Source of the DNA: Eledone cirrhosa
Taxonomy: Eukaryota
DNA length: 64,000 bases
Direction of reading: 5' to 3'
Assembly: GCA_964016885.1 (NCBI GenBank)
Contig: OZ024746.1
Span: 82,460,001-82,524,000, forward strand
Shown here one piece after another: positions 1 to 14,072 of the stretch. Under the pieces are notes generated by a model. That model saw only the letters and a program-made list of their open reading frames with translations, had not been told where the DNA came from and ran no database searches. Position 1 is the first letter of the stretch, and each line of letters starts with the position of its first letter. Made by a program: the position numbers and the translations under genes.

Positions 1-1224
1 CTAAAATAGAAACAATTATTATTATCATCATGAATTCAAATCCCACTAAGGTTAGCTTTGCCTTTCATCCTTACGGTGTCGATAAAATAAAGCACCAGTA
101 ACTACTGGATTCAATCGACTTTCCCTTCCCCTTCAAACTGCTAGCCTTGTGCCTAAAGTAGAAACAATTATTATTATTATTATTATTATCATATGTCCAT
201 TTTCCAAGCTTGTATGGATCATCACATTCTAAATCAGTTCTTATTCTTATTTTTTTTTTTTTTTGCTTTCCTCAAGAGATCAGAGGATGTTTCACTCATA
301 CATTTCATCTCACATGGTTTTTATAGCTGGCTTCCCATTCTAACTAAACTTGACATCTAACACTCCATATCTTAGTTTTCTTTCTCCACTGCCTTCTGTT
401 GCTTCTCCTTTTCTTTCTGCTCTATTTCAATATATCATTGATATAACTCTAATTGTCTCCAGTGAATGTCCACCTTTCCTATTTAATATTTCCTCCTTTA
501 ACTCATAAAATCCTGTAATGATTTAGTAGAAAATATCTAAAAATGGATTTGTTAATTCAAATGTTTATAGTGTCTTTACTAGTGGACACACCTTTGTGAA
601 AATTTGCAGTAAACCTAAGTAAAGACTTTCCTTTTTAATGCTATGCTGTTTTGTACTTTTCAAGAACGTTTTGCTAAAAGTTTCACATGGTACAAGACAT
701 TAAGAGTTAATATAAGCATGTCTCTCATCATTTATATATCATTTGAGTGAAATTAGGGGAAATATGCAGAATATATAAAACAAAAAAAAAGAGAAAAAGT
801 CAAATTTTTCGGGGAGTTTTCTTAAAACTATCAAATTCTCTCTTAACTTGAGCTGGCTGAGAAGGGTATGCAAGACACTGTGTCAATCTATAATACTATA
901 TAAATGGCCCCGCCTCATTAAATGGTTTCCCTATTTGCTTTTTATTACAGGCATTCAATTAATTTTTCAAGTTAGAACTTTCAAGTATGAATGTGATAAT
1001 ATGATTCTAGATGACAAACCCATGAACTATGTAGAGTATTTTATTACAACAATAAATATATTCCCTGATGAATAATTGTTACATGTTTAAATTACACATA
1101 ATGCAGCTGATACAATGGAACATACAACAACCCAGTTCTCTCTTTCTCTCTCACATACGCACTCACACTCTACAGCTGTCATTCACATATTATAAAGCAT
1201 AATATAATAAAATTAACCACTTAC

Positions 1225-1470
1225 CACTCTTGTAATACATGCAAGAACTACATGGAATATTTTAGAGATAAAGCAGGGATCGGTGAGTTTGATATGTTCT
1301 TCAAGCTGTTTGAAGTAAGAGTAGCTCAGCTCCACAATAGACAACAACGTATGCTGAGGTCCATCGTTCTTGATACTAGTCACTGATGTACGAAGAACAG
1401 ACACAACAAAGTGACCATAATATTTCAAGGTGGAATCATCCGATGACTCTGATGACTGCAATAAATAATC
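1225..1470 (-). CDS. Coding exon 2 of a minus-strand gene, separase/ESPL1 N-terminal-like (gene continues beyond the left edge of the window)
   Basis: 246-nt stop-free phase 0-0 exon with minus-strand acceptor tgtttttcag and donor gtaagt. It encodes DYLLQSS...VLRTSVTSI...HTLLSIVELSYSYF...DPCFISKIFHVVLACITRV, which resembles from memory human separase EFLSNPP...ILRACNQQL...HLGSLLELAELACDGY...PPLYLERILFVLLRNA. The exon is well supported; the identity is tentative. Confidence 0.7.
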
Positions 1471-2004
1471 CTGAAAAACAAATTATATCACCATTATTAC
1501 ATTCAAAAGGTTAAAATAGTAAATTATAAATTTCAAGGCGTGGCTGATTGATTAAAAGATTTGATTTGCAACCACATGTTATTAGTTTTTTTTCCCTAAT
1601 GTGTGGTACCTTAGGCAAGTATCTTCAACCATAGTAGATAGGGTCCCAAAAGGGACCAATTTTGACCCCAAAACCTGATATTTCTATAAGAATTGAAAAT
1701 ACATAAAATACATTAAACTTGCTTAGAAAGATTTCTGATTTATATATATAAATTGTGATGACAGTGCAAACTTGGTCAATGATGACCAGACCAACCCATG
1801 CCAATATGGAGGAATGGACATTAAATGGGGATGATGATGATAGCTTTTATTGTCTATTTATTATTCTATGTACTGATTTATTTTCTTATATACCTACGTG
1901 TTGATGATTTAAAAGGTTTAGAAAGCCCTGTACAAAATGTACATTAATCGATGATGATATATATATAAATATATAAACACGTGATATATTATGACGGTTG
2001 ATTG

Positions 2005-2245
2005 TTCATCATCATCATTTTACGTCCGCTTTTCCATGCTTGCAAGGGTTGGACGGGTCCTATTCAGCACAGCTTCTCTCCACTTGTCACAGTCCTTCGT
2101 CATCACCTCGGTAAGTTTCAGCGATCTGGGGTCTGCTCTCACCACCTCCGGCCATGTTTTTCGTGGTCTACTTCTACTGCGTCTTCCTTCTACTGGGATT
2201 TCTTGGCACTTCTTTACCCAGCGGTCATCCTCCATGCGCATCACA
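2005..2245 (-). mobile_element. RTE LINE 3' fragment
   Basis: MRMEDDRWVKKC...GRRSRSRPRKTW...D.DKWR C-terminal motif, 3' hairpin and (GAT)n tail. Confidence 0.8.
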
Positions 2246-4135
2246 GTACAATATTCATTTTAGGGATTCTTGAAAGTTAATTCTCAAACCTCTGACTACT
2301 GTTGCTAAAAACACACTGATTGACTGTTATTAAGTTGCTCACCAACACACCCCACGTCCACTTGAGTGCTGTCTCCACTCTCTGATTTTTCTACTACCAT
2401 CACAATGGTCTCTGCTTCTCATAATTGATTAATCTCATGCTTCATCACCCATTTTAACTAACCCCCTCCCCATCAGTTCTACACAAATCCCTATGTCAAG
2501 TCTTTCCTTCCTAGAACATATGGTCTTTGAAATTCTCTCTCTGTACATGATTTTCCTGCAGTCGTTTCTTTAAGTTTTATGGCAACATTAATAACCTTTC
2601 TTCCTTATGAAACCACATTGAAAAAATCAAAAATGGCTATGCACAGATAAAATCATTAAAGTAGTTACATTGAACCATTGATGAGAAAATCTGACGTTCT
2701 AACTGTAAAGGGATTTGTTAAATGTCAACATCACCTATTTATTATGACTAGAATTCAATAATCTACTGTTGGTACCTTCCTCCATCTTAATACTTTTCTC
2801 TGTCCCACCACCTCTTTCACAATCTAAGTCGCCCAACTTATTTTTGCCCCACATCCTTTATCCTCACTGAGGGATGACCCCCCTTCACCCTCCCCTGGTA
2901 AGCAACATGTAGTTCCCCCAACCCACCCCCACTTCCCCTCACTACAGCCCTGCAGTCGGACCAAAGACACAACGAGCACCCAAATGACGTAATAATGTAG
3001 TCCTGGTGTCATGATAGAATATACCCAGCCTATTCTGTGAGATGATAGAGCTGGTGTCAATAAAAAAAAAACGCTCAGTCCACCTTGTAGGGTGGTGCCA
3101 CGACAAAAACAACCAATCAACCCAGTAAGGTGGTTGTGCAAGTGCCCCTAAAAATGTTCCCAATATAGAGCGGTTGGCGTTAGGAAGGACATCTAGCCGA
3201 AGAAACCAAGCTAAAAACGGAACGTCTGAACATTTGACCTGTCAAGCCTCAAAACGTAACAACTTGTCGAACCCATGCAAGCATGGAAATAGACGTTAAA
3301 CGGTAATGATAACTTTAGACAAAGTATCCTACAACTAATAGTATTGCTGAAATATTTTTTTAAAAATTAAATCAAATCACCAAAATCTTGACGAATGTCT
3401 TTTAAGCGTAGCTCAATTGCAAACCAATAAGCAGAATAGAAATATACACGAAGGGTTTCTCGTGTAGATTTTATAAAATACTTGCAAAATACATCTTCCC
3501 TAAAATATGAAATGAATTAGAAAGAAATTGTACTATTATTTATTTTAAACAGACACCTTAGACTATGAGCATTACTTATTTGATTGTCTAATTTTAAATG
3601 TTGTAGTTTTGCTATCAACATCTTTCATGTTTCATCTAAGACTTAATTGTTTATTTTTGTCATCAATGTGTGACTACCATAATTTAAATTAATTATGGCT
3701 TTGTCTTTTTTTTAATTGTATTATAATTGTATTATAGAAATAGCTAATTATTACTGTGTATTTATATTATTCGAAATTGTATAATTGTTAGTAGTAGTTA
3801 ATTCAAATAACTTTGTGTTACATTGGAACTGTGTCATTGGCTATATGAACATCTTTATTATTGTTATTCTAATAGATTCAAATTGAAATTTTCTGCATCA
3901 GTAAATCAAAGAAGAAAATTAAATAGAAAATTTATAAACATTTTTTCTACATCTAATAGATATTAACCCAAACCCTGGTTCTTTATTACTAGGAATTTTT
4001 AAATATTAACTGGCGATCAATAAATCGTAGCAATAAGCTTTAAATAGTTTTTGTTGGGTGTTTTCTACAATAACTTCAACCCCTTCATAGATATAACGTA
4101 CAAAGAGTATAATATTGAAATCAAATATTACATAC

Positions 4136-4234
4136 CGTAAGTTGCTTACAGATTTCCTTAGATTTTCCATTTTTAAGAGATTGTATTATATCTTTCCCTT
4201 CGTCGTGAATGTTTGTATTTTGAAGGACGGGCAT
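4136..4234 (-). CDS. Coding exon 1 of the same minus-strand gene (MPVLQNTNIHDEGKDIIQSLKNGKSKEICKQLT)
   Basis: aaaaATG context, 33 open codons and a phase-0 donor gtatgt that splices in frame to exon 1225-1470. Confidence 0.65.
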
Positions 4235-4666
4235 TTTTAGTTTATGTATTTTAAACTATTTATAAATGTAAAATAAATGTATTTTTACTATATTTTAAGA
4301 TAATTATAATGTAATGTACAAATATTTTCGAATGGTAAATTCATTTTCTTTTATAACTTAGGAAGAGAGAAACGTTAGTAGTTTTAAATTAACCGCCGTT
4401 GTAGTTCCGCAGTGAAGAAAACGATAGTAAATAAATGATTCGTAAATTTTATAATTCTAAAACTGTACAAATATATTTTTGTTTTTCGACATCATAATTT
4501 ATATAAATTTAAAATATATTTTAATTTTAGAAATAATCACGTATATTTTATAAAGTTTATTTTACAAACACAATTACGAAGATTTATTTTCTAACGGGAT
4601 TTACCGCTGCAGACGTCTATGTACTAGTTAAGCATTCAGTCTGTTTCTGTGACAGCGTGGAAAACA
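4235..4666. promoter_or_regulatory. Putative bidirectional promoter/5'UTR region between divergent genes
   Basis: Only 432 bp separate the two divergent ATGs. CpG dinucleotides are visibly more frequent at about 4.0-6.6 kb than in the flanking introns. Confidence 0.6.
4643..4656 (+). promoter_or_regulatory. Degenerate RFX X-box-like motif GTTTCTGTGACAGC
   Basis: Imperfect match to the X-box palindrome (GTTNCCATGGNAAC type), 10 nt upstream of the ATG of a ciliary gene. Confidence 0.3.
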
Positions 4667-4821
4667 ATGGAAGCTAACATGTACCCGTGTTGTATCGCAC
4701 CTATTGATACAACGTTTCTCCGAGAAAAACCACTCATAGGTGGAAAAGTATTAACTGAAGAAACCATTTTGAAGATTTCCAATGTGAAATCCTTAACAGC
4801 TGTAGAACGTTTGAATCTCTG
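4667..4821 (+). CDS. CFAP410: CFAP410/C21orf2 (LRR ciliary protein) exon 1
   Basis: MEANMYPCC...KVLTEETILKISNVKSLTAVERLNL(W) matches human [26 protein letters not shown]; phase-2 donor gtaagt at 4822. Confidence 0.85.
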
Positions 4822-7800
4822 GTAAGTTTTACTTTCGTTGTTGTCAATCGAAGATTTGTTAGTAAACATAACTAATTTAAGCGTGAAAAGATCGCACACT
4901 TGGAGCCTGAGATATTTATATCTATGCTTCTGAAAATATTGGTTCTTATATTCCCTCTTATTTCTCTCGCCTAAATTTTATTTTCTTTGTTTAGACTTTT
5001 AGTTTATTCAATTATATCAATTGGATTTTTTTAAATATTTATATGTGTATGTATGATGTCGTATTACGAACAAATAAGGGCCCCTGTACGCTCAATCGCA
5101 CGCCACATCAAGGGACGTTGGAGTTTTCATATTATTTTTAGGTAAGTCAACACGTGTTTGTGTATAACAACAATGTAAATCATTCTTCGAGTTCATTCCT
5201 TTCTCGTTATTAGAAAAAAATATATAAAACATTAAAAAAATGTAAACTATAAACTTGTGTAACCATACTTAGTTGTCACTTAGTAGTCAACAGAGAGCAT
5301 GTGTATGATGGCTCGACCTACTAGAAACAACAGCTAACTTTCTCTAAACCACACCTTAAAATAGGGAAGGGACACATTTGATATGTAGTCCAAGGTAGCT
5401 CTGAAAAGATGGAATGGTCAAGACTACGATGCCTTTGGTCATAGGCCGGCTTAATCAATGTTGACCCGGAGCTATAAAATTAAAACCATTTCAGTTGTCA
5501 ATTGATGATTATCACGAATAAAATATAATCCGATTTCGACACTTAACTAAAACTGCTTAACTTACATCATTAAGATAAACAACATTTCTCTAAACTATTA
5601 TCAACACACACATACATGAATATATATAATTAAATTTTAATCATAATTCAATTATTTAAAATATTCTTGGTAGAGATGTAGAAACTTTAATTATTTCTTT
5701 TTTTACACGTTGCGCAGTTTTATTCGAAACTCAAAAGAAAAGTGGAGGAGGATGTCTAAATACTTTATATTCCCGCCCATTAGTCTATGCAGTGTTTAAA
5801 TACGGCCCCGTTGGCCAGTGGGGTCCATTTTCTGTCAACAAAACTTTTTACGATTAATTTTTCAAATGTTTGGGGCCTCATTTGTCCTAAATCCGGCGCT
5901 GTGTCTATGGGCTACTTGTCTAACTGAGAATGATTCACCGTAATTCAAACCCATGTGATTATCATCATCATCATTATCAAAACGTTCCTATATAGCTGAC
6001 GATACAATATGCTATATGTAAATTTCAATACTTCTCTTCTCATAATTTGGGCATTTGATTATTTGTCTTTTTACGAAGATTGATTGTACAAGAAGACCGC
6101 ATCTTTATAGGAAAAAGAAATGCAACTAATGCTCACGTTAGAGAAATTACTGGTCCAAGTAGTAAATTGACGTCAATTGCATGTAAAAACCCGTTTTGCA
6201 AAATCTACTGTACTCAAAAATATGTATATGAAATATTTACAATAGGTTTGAAAAACCATTCAAAGTATTGTTGAATTGGTTATACTTGTGTGTATTTTCA
6301 ATTACTAATATAACTCCACCACGATGTAATTATTTGTTTGTTTTTTTCATGTAATTTTTTAAAATACAATATTCTCATCGAAGACGTTTGAAATAGTTTA
6401 TTTCAGAAAATCTATAGTAATACTTAAAGTGTAATTAATTTCGAAATTCAGATTTATGATATTCTTTCTCTAATATAGAATGTAAACATACGGCTATTTT
6501 CAATATAGACTTAACTAAACTTAACTATATGCAATCGAAACTATTTATAAAAATAGGATGCGTGTGTGAAAGAAAGATAAGTAATGCAATATTTAATCAC
6601 TGATATAAAATCCGTGCTATAATTAGATATTATTTTAATTATTGAAATTTCCTATTGATAACCCAGTTAGGATAGATTTTTTTTCTGATTTTTTTTTAAT
6701 GTCAGGGGAGGAAGGGTAACGTTGATGACCCCTCTCGGGGGTCTCTAATGAGAATGAAGAAGGGGAGGAATGAACCTTAACTCTTGGGTTGCTGCAATAG
6801 AAGCAGCACATCAATATATTACTTAAAGCAAGGACCTGGTCCAAATGCTTGTAACAGAGCAGGTTTCACTAAAGGTGCCCAGAGTCGGTGCTTAGGTTCA
6901 GTATGGGCCAAGCTGAATAGCTAAGGAGGAACAGCTACAGCCCAATAAAATGGCACCATATAGTGGGTATAAACTGATCAGCTCTGCCAGACAAACCACC
7001 TCCCATGCATCCTCATTGCAGCACTGGCACCACTAAACTGGGAAGTGGGGTGAAAAGCAAGTGTTTAACACTCTAAACCAAAGGTTCTCAACGGGGGGCG
7101 TTTGGAGCTTTGGAGTGCACTGGAAGGCTCTTTACTTTGATAAGTTTTATAAGCCATATTTGTATGTCTTTGAGACGGCCAGTGTGAATGCATTTGAATG
7201 AGCATGCAGACAGCATAACTATGGTCTGACCGTAGGTGTGCAGGCGTGTTTACACATTAGCAAATTAAACTTACATACAACGTAAAATCCAGCATACAAA
7301 TAATTCTAGTGAATAGCTTAGTTGTTACACGGTGTAATTTGAAAAATATTTCAGTTGTTTAAAAATAACATTAACTCTGCTAACTCCTGGTTTGAAGCTC
7401 TTTGTCATCAAATGTGTTCCTGTTGCTTTTTTTTAACCCTTTAGCATTTACATTATTCTATATTTACTATCATATTTTCATGGTAAAGGCGTTACTTCAC
7501 AATTATCTCACATAATCTCGAATCTATGAGATTTTGATATCTATGAGATTTATGTTGAGAATAATACATTAACATCAGTATGAGTGGCCAGTTTGAACAG
7601 AAAGAGGAGAGAAAATTCTGGCTGGATACGGCTGGTTTAAATGCTACACAGCACCATTTATTTCCCAATTGACTTTATTCTTCTTGTGGAAGATACATGT
7701 ATGTGTGTGTGTAATGTATCATCATCATTTTTATGTTTGCTTGCCATGCTGGCATGAGATGAACTGATTGTTACTTCCTAATTAGTTCTTATTCAGAGTT

Positions 7801-9085
7801 ACTGCCCTCCTAGATTGGCTGGGAGCCTGTCAGTCTTCTCCATTCCATTTTAATATTGCCTCTATGGTTGGATATGCTTCCTAACACCAACCACTGGGTG
7901 CATTTTATTGTGGCACCAGCACTAGAAGAATTATATTCTTGTCAGAACTAAGAGGTCTTTTCAACCCTACACTGTCTGTTCAATTTCTAACAACTTTACA
8001 AAGTGTACTGTGTATATTTTATTGTTGGACCATCTCTAGTGAGTGTACTGGATGTATTTTATTGTGGGTCCATCTCTAGTGAGGTTGTCTGATATCTTGC
8101 TAGACTAAAATATACTCACTACTTGATTTTGTCTTATTTATTCAAAGCAATGTGACCGAGAGAATCAGGGTAAATGGGTTAAGAGTGTGAAAGTATGAAT
8201 GAATGAGAGAGTATCTGCATAATATTTTTCTAAAGTGTTTGTAGGGTATTTTATCTTTTTATAAATACCCAAGCCACTGCTGATTATATCAAAAATTATG
8301 ACATTCCTATATGTGTCTGTGTGTTTGGTTAAAAAGAAAATTTAATCTTAAAAGTACATGAAAACAGAAATAGTACAACAGTACAAACCAACTTGAATTC
8401 ATCCATTTGGCTTGGAGTCTTCTGTAATTCATTTGACTTATATTTCTAAATTAACAAAGTAACATGAGCTGTTCATTTTAAGCAAAGAAATTCTTCAGAT
8501 GGGTTTGTCAGGATATTAGGTCATTTAGAAATTTGTTCCATATATTTCGAAATATAAAATATATATATCCAGTTGCTAATCTACTGCTTTTCAATGGCAG
8601 TACTCCAACATGGCCTCAGTCAGTTGTCTGGAACATGTAAAAGAGTAATATATGTATGTGTGTGTGTATATAGAGTGGACTTCCATCAGTTTTGACAATG
8701 AGTGTTCCAGTTGTTCGTTCAACATAACAGCCTGCTCATAAAATTAATGTATAAGTGGTTGAACATTCCACAGATACATGTGTAATTCTAAGGGAGATTC
8801 AGCATGTCACTGTGTGTATGTGACAAGGCTGGCCCTTTGAATTACAAGGACACTCTATCTGATAAGTTTCCAAACAGTGTCTATCTATCTAGTTTCATTC
8901 ACAAAGCAAGGGTCAACTTAAGGCTATTGTAAATGACTCTTGGCTAAGAGGTATCTTAGTGAGATCAAACTTGGGGCCTAATGATTACAAAGTGAATTTC
9001 CTAACTGTTCAACCTTGCTGCATCCACATGCGTGTGTGGATGAGGATTACTTTGACTATGCAGGTGCAAGCAATACCTGTATATA

Positions 9086-9183
9086 CAGGATGTCCCAAAA
9101 ATGTAGACACACTTTGATTACCTATTCAGGCAATATTAATTAGAATGCGCAGCCTTTGTGTATACATTTTTGAGGACACCCTG
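9086..9183. mobile_element. Tc1/mariner-type mini-MITE
   Basis: Imperfect ~25-bp TIRs caggatgtcccaaaaatgtagacac / gtgtatacatttttgaggacaccctg, flanked by TA on both sides. Confidence 0.7.
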
Positions 9184-9691
9184 TATTTTAGACCTACCTA
9201 AATCACTAGATTAAACAATTTTTCAAACTATTTCATTAACCTCCTCTGTCTTTTTAGTCATGCGTTCCAATGTGTCCTCTTTACATTATTTATAAAATGG
9301 AAGTATACAATATGGAAATATGGCTCTTATTTCTAGCAAGTCAAGTACCTATTTTTGTGGTGCATCTGTGACTAGTGATAAAAGAATAGTAGAAAACCTG
9401 ATCATGGGTTGTTGCAGTAGAAACAGAGATCTGTTTTGAATGCTTGCAAGGCATTGGACTTGTCTAAAAGCATGCAATGTCCAGATTGTGTTAAACTGGG
9501 TAATTGATTAGGATTACCATAGAAGTGATTCCTAAAATTATTTTGATGCAGAACCCTTGTACAATTCTCAAAAAATCTTAGAACCATTACCTATATTTTA
9601 TGGACAATCTCCACAATCTTAATTCAAATAAGATATCCAAGATGTCAAATAAAACAAAAATTATTTTAGAAAGAGAATTTATTATAGGTTC

Positions 9692-9850
9692 AGGCATGGC
9701 TATGTTGTTAAGGAATTTGCTTCACAACCACATGATTTTGGGTTCAGTCCCACTGTACAGCACCATGAGCAAGTTTTTCTTACTATAGCCTCGGATTAGC
9801 CAATGTCTTATGAGTGGAATTTGGTAAATGAAAATTACAGTAGCCCATCG
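9692..9850 (+). mobile_element. tRNA-derived SINE, family C (related copies at about 1536 +, 8870 -, 12405 -, 46725 -)
   Basis: A-box-like tggctatgttgttaag and B-box-like ggttcagtccc, followed by a body shared with the other copies. Confidence 0.55.
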
Positions 9851-10172
9851 TTTGTATATATATATGTGTGTATCCATGCCTTTTACATTTATGAATCTGC
9901 TAATGTCCCTTAACTTAGCAGTTCAACAATATCAGATTGATAAACTAAGAACCATGCTTTAAAAAATAGGTACTAGTTTTTTTATTGAAAGACACCTTAT
10001 TTTGTGAAACACTAGGATACCTCCAAATCCACTTTGGGGCTCAATACCTTTCAGAAACCTTATTACTGATTACTTAGAATGGAGTTAGAAGATAATGAAG
10101 GAATAGTTCAGAGGTTCTGATACTAAGCCACACCCGCCCTTGGTTTTATGATACTAAGCTGTTATTTTAAAG

Positions 10173-10444
10173 CAGAGGTTCTCAAACTTGTTGGTCCACC
10201 GTCCCCTGTCCCCCCTCTCAGCCACGTAAAACCCTCAGCGCCCCCACCTTATTTCCAGAGAGACCTACATGCAAATTGTAAATAATATATAATAAATTAA
10301 ATCATTAATTTATATATATATATAATAAATGATATATTATATACTATGTATAAATAAATATTATATGTAATATGTATCATCTGATATTTATTATACTATT
10401 ATATCCTCTCTACCGCCCCGCCCCCATCCCCTTGAGAACCTCAG
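10173..10444. mobile_element. hAT (Charlie-like) MITE
   Basis: TIRs cagaggttctcaa / ttgagaacctcag and an exact 8-bp TSD ttttaaag on both sides. Confidence 0.8.
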
Positions 10445-11609
10445 TTTTAAAGCATTTATATAATTCTAAAAATAATTTTCATCATAATATTATGTGGATA
10501 ATTTTATGTCCCAAACTCCAGATAAATAATCAGAATGTTAGTTACTAAAGATTTTTTGAAAATTATTTGAAAATAATCTTGATTATTTTCAAAATCATAC
10601 ACAATATCTTTTATTAGAAATATGGTCATCAAAAGGTTTCAATGTACATATTCATAATAGTTAGACATTTCAATTTAATAAGTTCTACTCATAGCTTTGG
10701 CCATAAATTTTAATCTAGCATCTATCTATAAATTTGAGTGGCTTCCATCCGTCCATCACGCAGTGTGTGTGTGTAAAAGGAAGGGGATGACGATAAAACT
10801 ATAGCGAAACAGCAGCTGGCGTTTCATTTGCTGTGTATGTGTATGTTTGTGTAAATGTGTGTGCATTTATGTGAATGTATGTATATTTGTGTAAATGTGT
10901 ATTTTTGTGTAAGTGCATCTGAGTTTGCACGTTTATATTTATATACTCATACATATAAATGTATATATATATATATACTCATACATATAAATGTATATAT
11001 ATATATACTCATACATATAAATGTATATATATATGCACATGCACACATATACACGTATGTGTCAGCATGTTGAAAAAAAATTCTAGGTTATTGAAACTAT
11101 AATAAATATTTCATAACGTGTAAGTCATGTTGTTGGTGTGTAGTATAATCAAGGTTCTTGACTGCTTGTGATACTTCCAAATCATTAACATTGCTAGTTA
11201 ACTCTTTAATGTTCAAACCGGCCAGAATTCTCTACCTTTTTCTGTTGAAACTGGCTGTAACTGGTCACTCAAACTGATGTTAAGGTATTGTTCTCAAAAT
11301 AAATACTTTCAAAATGTAATAGATTTGATATTATGTGAGATAAAGCATTTACCATGAAAATATCATAGTAAATATAGAGTAATGTGAATGCTAAAGGGTT
11401 AAAGTAGCTGCCTTTATAACTGTGGGTATGCTTTAGAGAATCACAATAAACAGCTGTAGCCTCAACAGAATTCTCTGGGGGATTCCATTCATTACTAATC
11501 TTTCAAATAAAAGGGCACCATTAAGTCATATCACTTTTCACTTTTGTTGAGATCATGCAGTTTCTAACAGTCAGTGATTGAGCAACTGTTTTAACACCCA
11601 GTTGTAATA

Positions 11610-11750
11610 CTATAGGCATGTGAGGCAGCTTTTTTCTTCAGATGAAAACCCACACTGGGTCACTGACACAATGTTATTTTCTTCTAGGAATACAATCAAT
11701 TTCTCTTTGATAACACATTCTAGGACTTTGTTGATAAGGGGCGTCATTGA
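11610..11750 (-). mobile_element. CR1/L2-type RT fragment
   Basis: TPLINKVLECVIKEKLIVFLEENNIVSVTQCGF...KSCLTCL matches the start of a CR1-like RT domain. Confidence 0.6.
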
Positions 11751-11799
11751 GGATATATGTGATGTGTATATATAGATATGTGTGTGTGTATATATATAG

Positions 11800-12115
11800 G
11801 ACAATCTGTCTAACCCATGCTGGCATGGAAAATGGATGTAAACATCCAGCCAAAACTGTAAAGTGGCCGTGTAGGTGTCATGACAAAAAGCACCCAGCCC
11901 ACACTGTAAAGTGGCCGTGTAAAAGACATGGCAAAAAGCACCCAGCCCACACTGTAAATGTTGGCGCTAGGAAGGACATCCAGCCATAGAACACCGACCA
12001 GAAACAGTCCTACATGAGCAAGACATGGCCGCCTGACCCAACTTGCCCCTAAATAGGACAAACCCGTCTAACCCCTGCTAGCATGGAAGATAGACGTTAA
12101 ACGATGACGATGGTG
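11800..12115 (+). mobile_element. RTE 3'UTR fragment with three tandem ~49-nt subrepeats
   Basis: Three copies of cacccagcccacactgtaaa..., then the family 3' hairpin and GAT-like tail. Confidence 0.7.
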
Positions 12116-14039
12116 GTGGGGGAGCTGGTTTGGTCACTGATTGCTCCATCTTGTAGGACAGAACAAAGGAGAAACACACAATGACAAATCTTTCACTGAG
12201 GAGGTCACAGAATGTGTGACAAAAGAGCTTTGGTAATATCTAAACAACTATCTGGCTATTGAACCAACCAAACGGAAATTTGTAATAAATTGAAGTGAAA
12301 ACCAACAGGTGTGTGTGTTTTTATTGGCAACATGACTCCCAAAACAAATTCAAAAACAAAATATATATATCATCATCATTTTACGTCCGCTGATGACAAT
12401 GGACTTCCACACAATTTCTGTCTACCAAACTTCATTAACAAAGCATTGCTCTACCTGAGACTATAGTAAAAGACACTTGTTTAAGGTGCCACTCAGTGGG
12501 ACTGAACACAGACCCACTTGATTGTGAAGTGAACACCATCCACATTCATACACATGGTTATGCATAGTTACTGTCTACCAAATTTCACTCACTAGGAGAG
12601 CAATTACTACTGTTCCTCTTTCTTTCTTCTTTCTCTCCCACACACAATCTGACTATCTCTCTCTCTCTCTCTCTTCTTTGAAAACAGAAAATGAGCATTA
12701 AATTGCTTTTCCAATGTGGGAAGGTAGTTGCTTTCCTGATACCAAATCCTCTTGTTTGTAACCATGACAACCAAAGAAGAATTGAAGACCAAAGCAAATT
12801 AGATATTTATTGGATTGGAGCTGATTTCCTTGGGGATTTAATATGAGTGGAATTTCATAAACTATCTAACCTGGAATTTAATGGTGTGAGTAATTATCAT
12901 AGATAAAGGAAATCAAAAAAATGTCTATATAAAACAAAAGTAACATTATGAAAGACAAAACATTATATTTTCATATCAGGATATTATACTGGCTAATTTT
13001 TATTTAGAATTCATCATCATTATCATCATCATTTCATGTCCATTTTTCATGCTAGAATGGGGTGGACAGGTCAGAGTGACCACTCGTGCTTGTTACATTC
13101 CATATTTGGCGTAGTTTCTATGGCTGGATACTTTTCTTAATAGTAACCACCTTGTTGTGTGTGCTTTTGAGTTTTTCATCACAATTCTACCATTTTACCG
13201 AGTTGACTGGGTACATTATATCATGGTGCCAACTTTAACACTTTACAGAGTATAGTGTGTACATTTAACTGTGGCACCAGCACTAGAGAAGTTGTCATAT
13301 GTTAGGCTAAACTGGAGAGTCCTTTCTAATCCTATATTGACTCTGTTCAATTTTGATTTCTAAACTCTGTAACCTCCAGTCTGTCACAATAAAAAATAAG
13401 ACAAAAAAGATAGAGAGAGAAAACAAAATGAAAGTGGGTAACTAACAGCATACTCCTTAGTTGGACAACATATGTCAGCTATACCTTGAGATAATAATGA
13501 AATTATTGTGTACAGTGCTCAGGTGCACTACAACTCATCAAAGGTGCATGTATAGTACATAGAATAATGTACAAATGTCAGGAAAATGAACAGTGTATGA
13601 GTCATGATATAATAATAATAATAATGAAATATTGTGTACAGTGCCCAGGTGCACCACAACTCATCAAAAAGTGCATGTACAGTACATAGGGCAATGCACA
13701 AACATCAGGAAAATGAACAGTGCACGAGTCATGATACACACATGTGTGCATGTGTATGGAAGGGGTACGATGGTGTATATTAACCTTTTAGCATTTGAAC
13801 TGGCCATATCCAGCCATAATTCTCTCACCTCTTTCTGTTCAAACCAGCTGTTCATAATTTATGTTAAAGTATTTTTCTCAAAATAAATAACATCAAAATC
13901 TCGTAGATTCGATATGTGAAATAAAATGTTTACCATGAAAATACAATAGTAAATAAAGAGTAATGTAAATGCTAAAGAGATAAAGCACTTCATTCACAGA
14001 AAGATATGCATGATCTGTACATATATATACACACACATG

Positions 14040-14071
<32 letters not shown>

Positions 14072-14072
14072 A

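Noticed and set aside
848-1075. 75-aa + strand ORF and other short non-repeat ORFs in the track
   Set aside because: No recognisable motifs or consistent splice signals; consistent with chance ORFs in introns or intergenic DNA.
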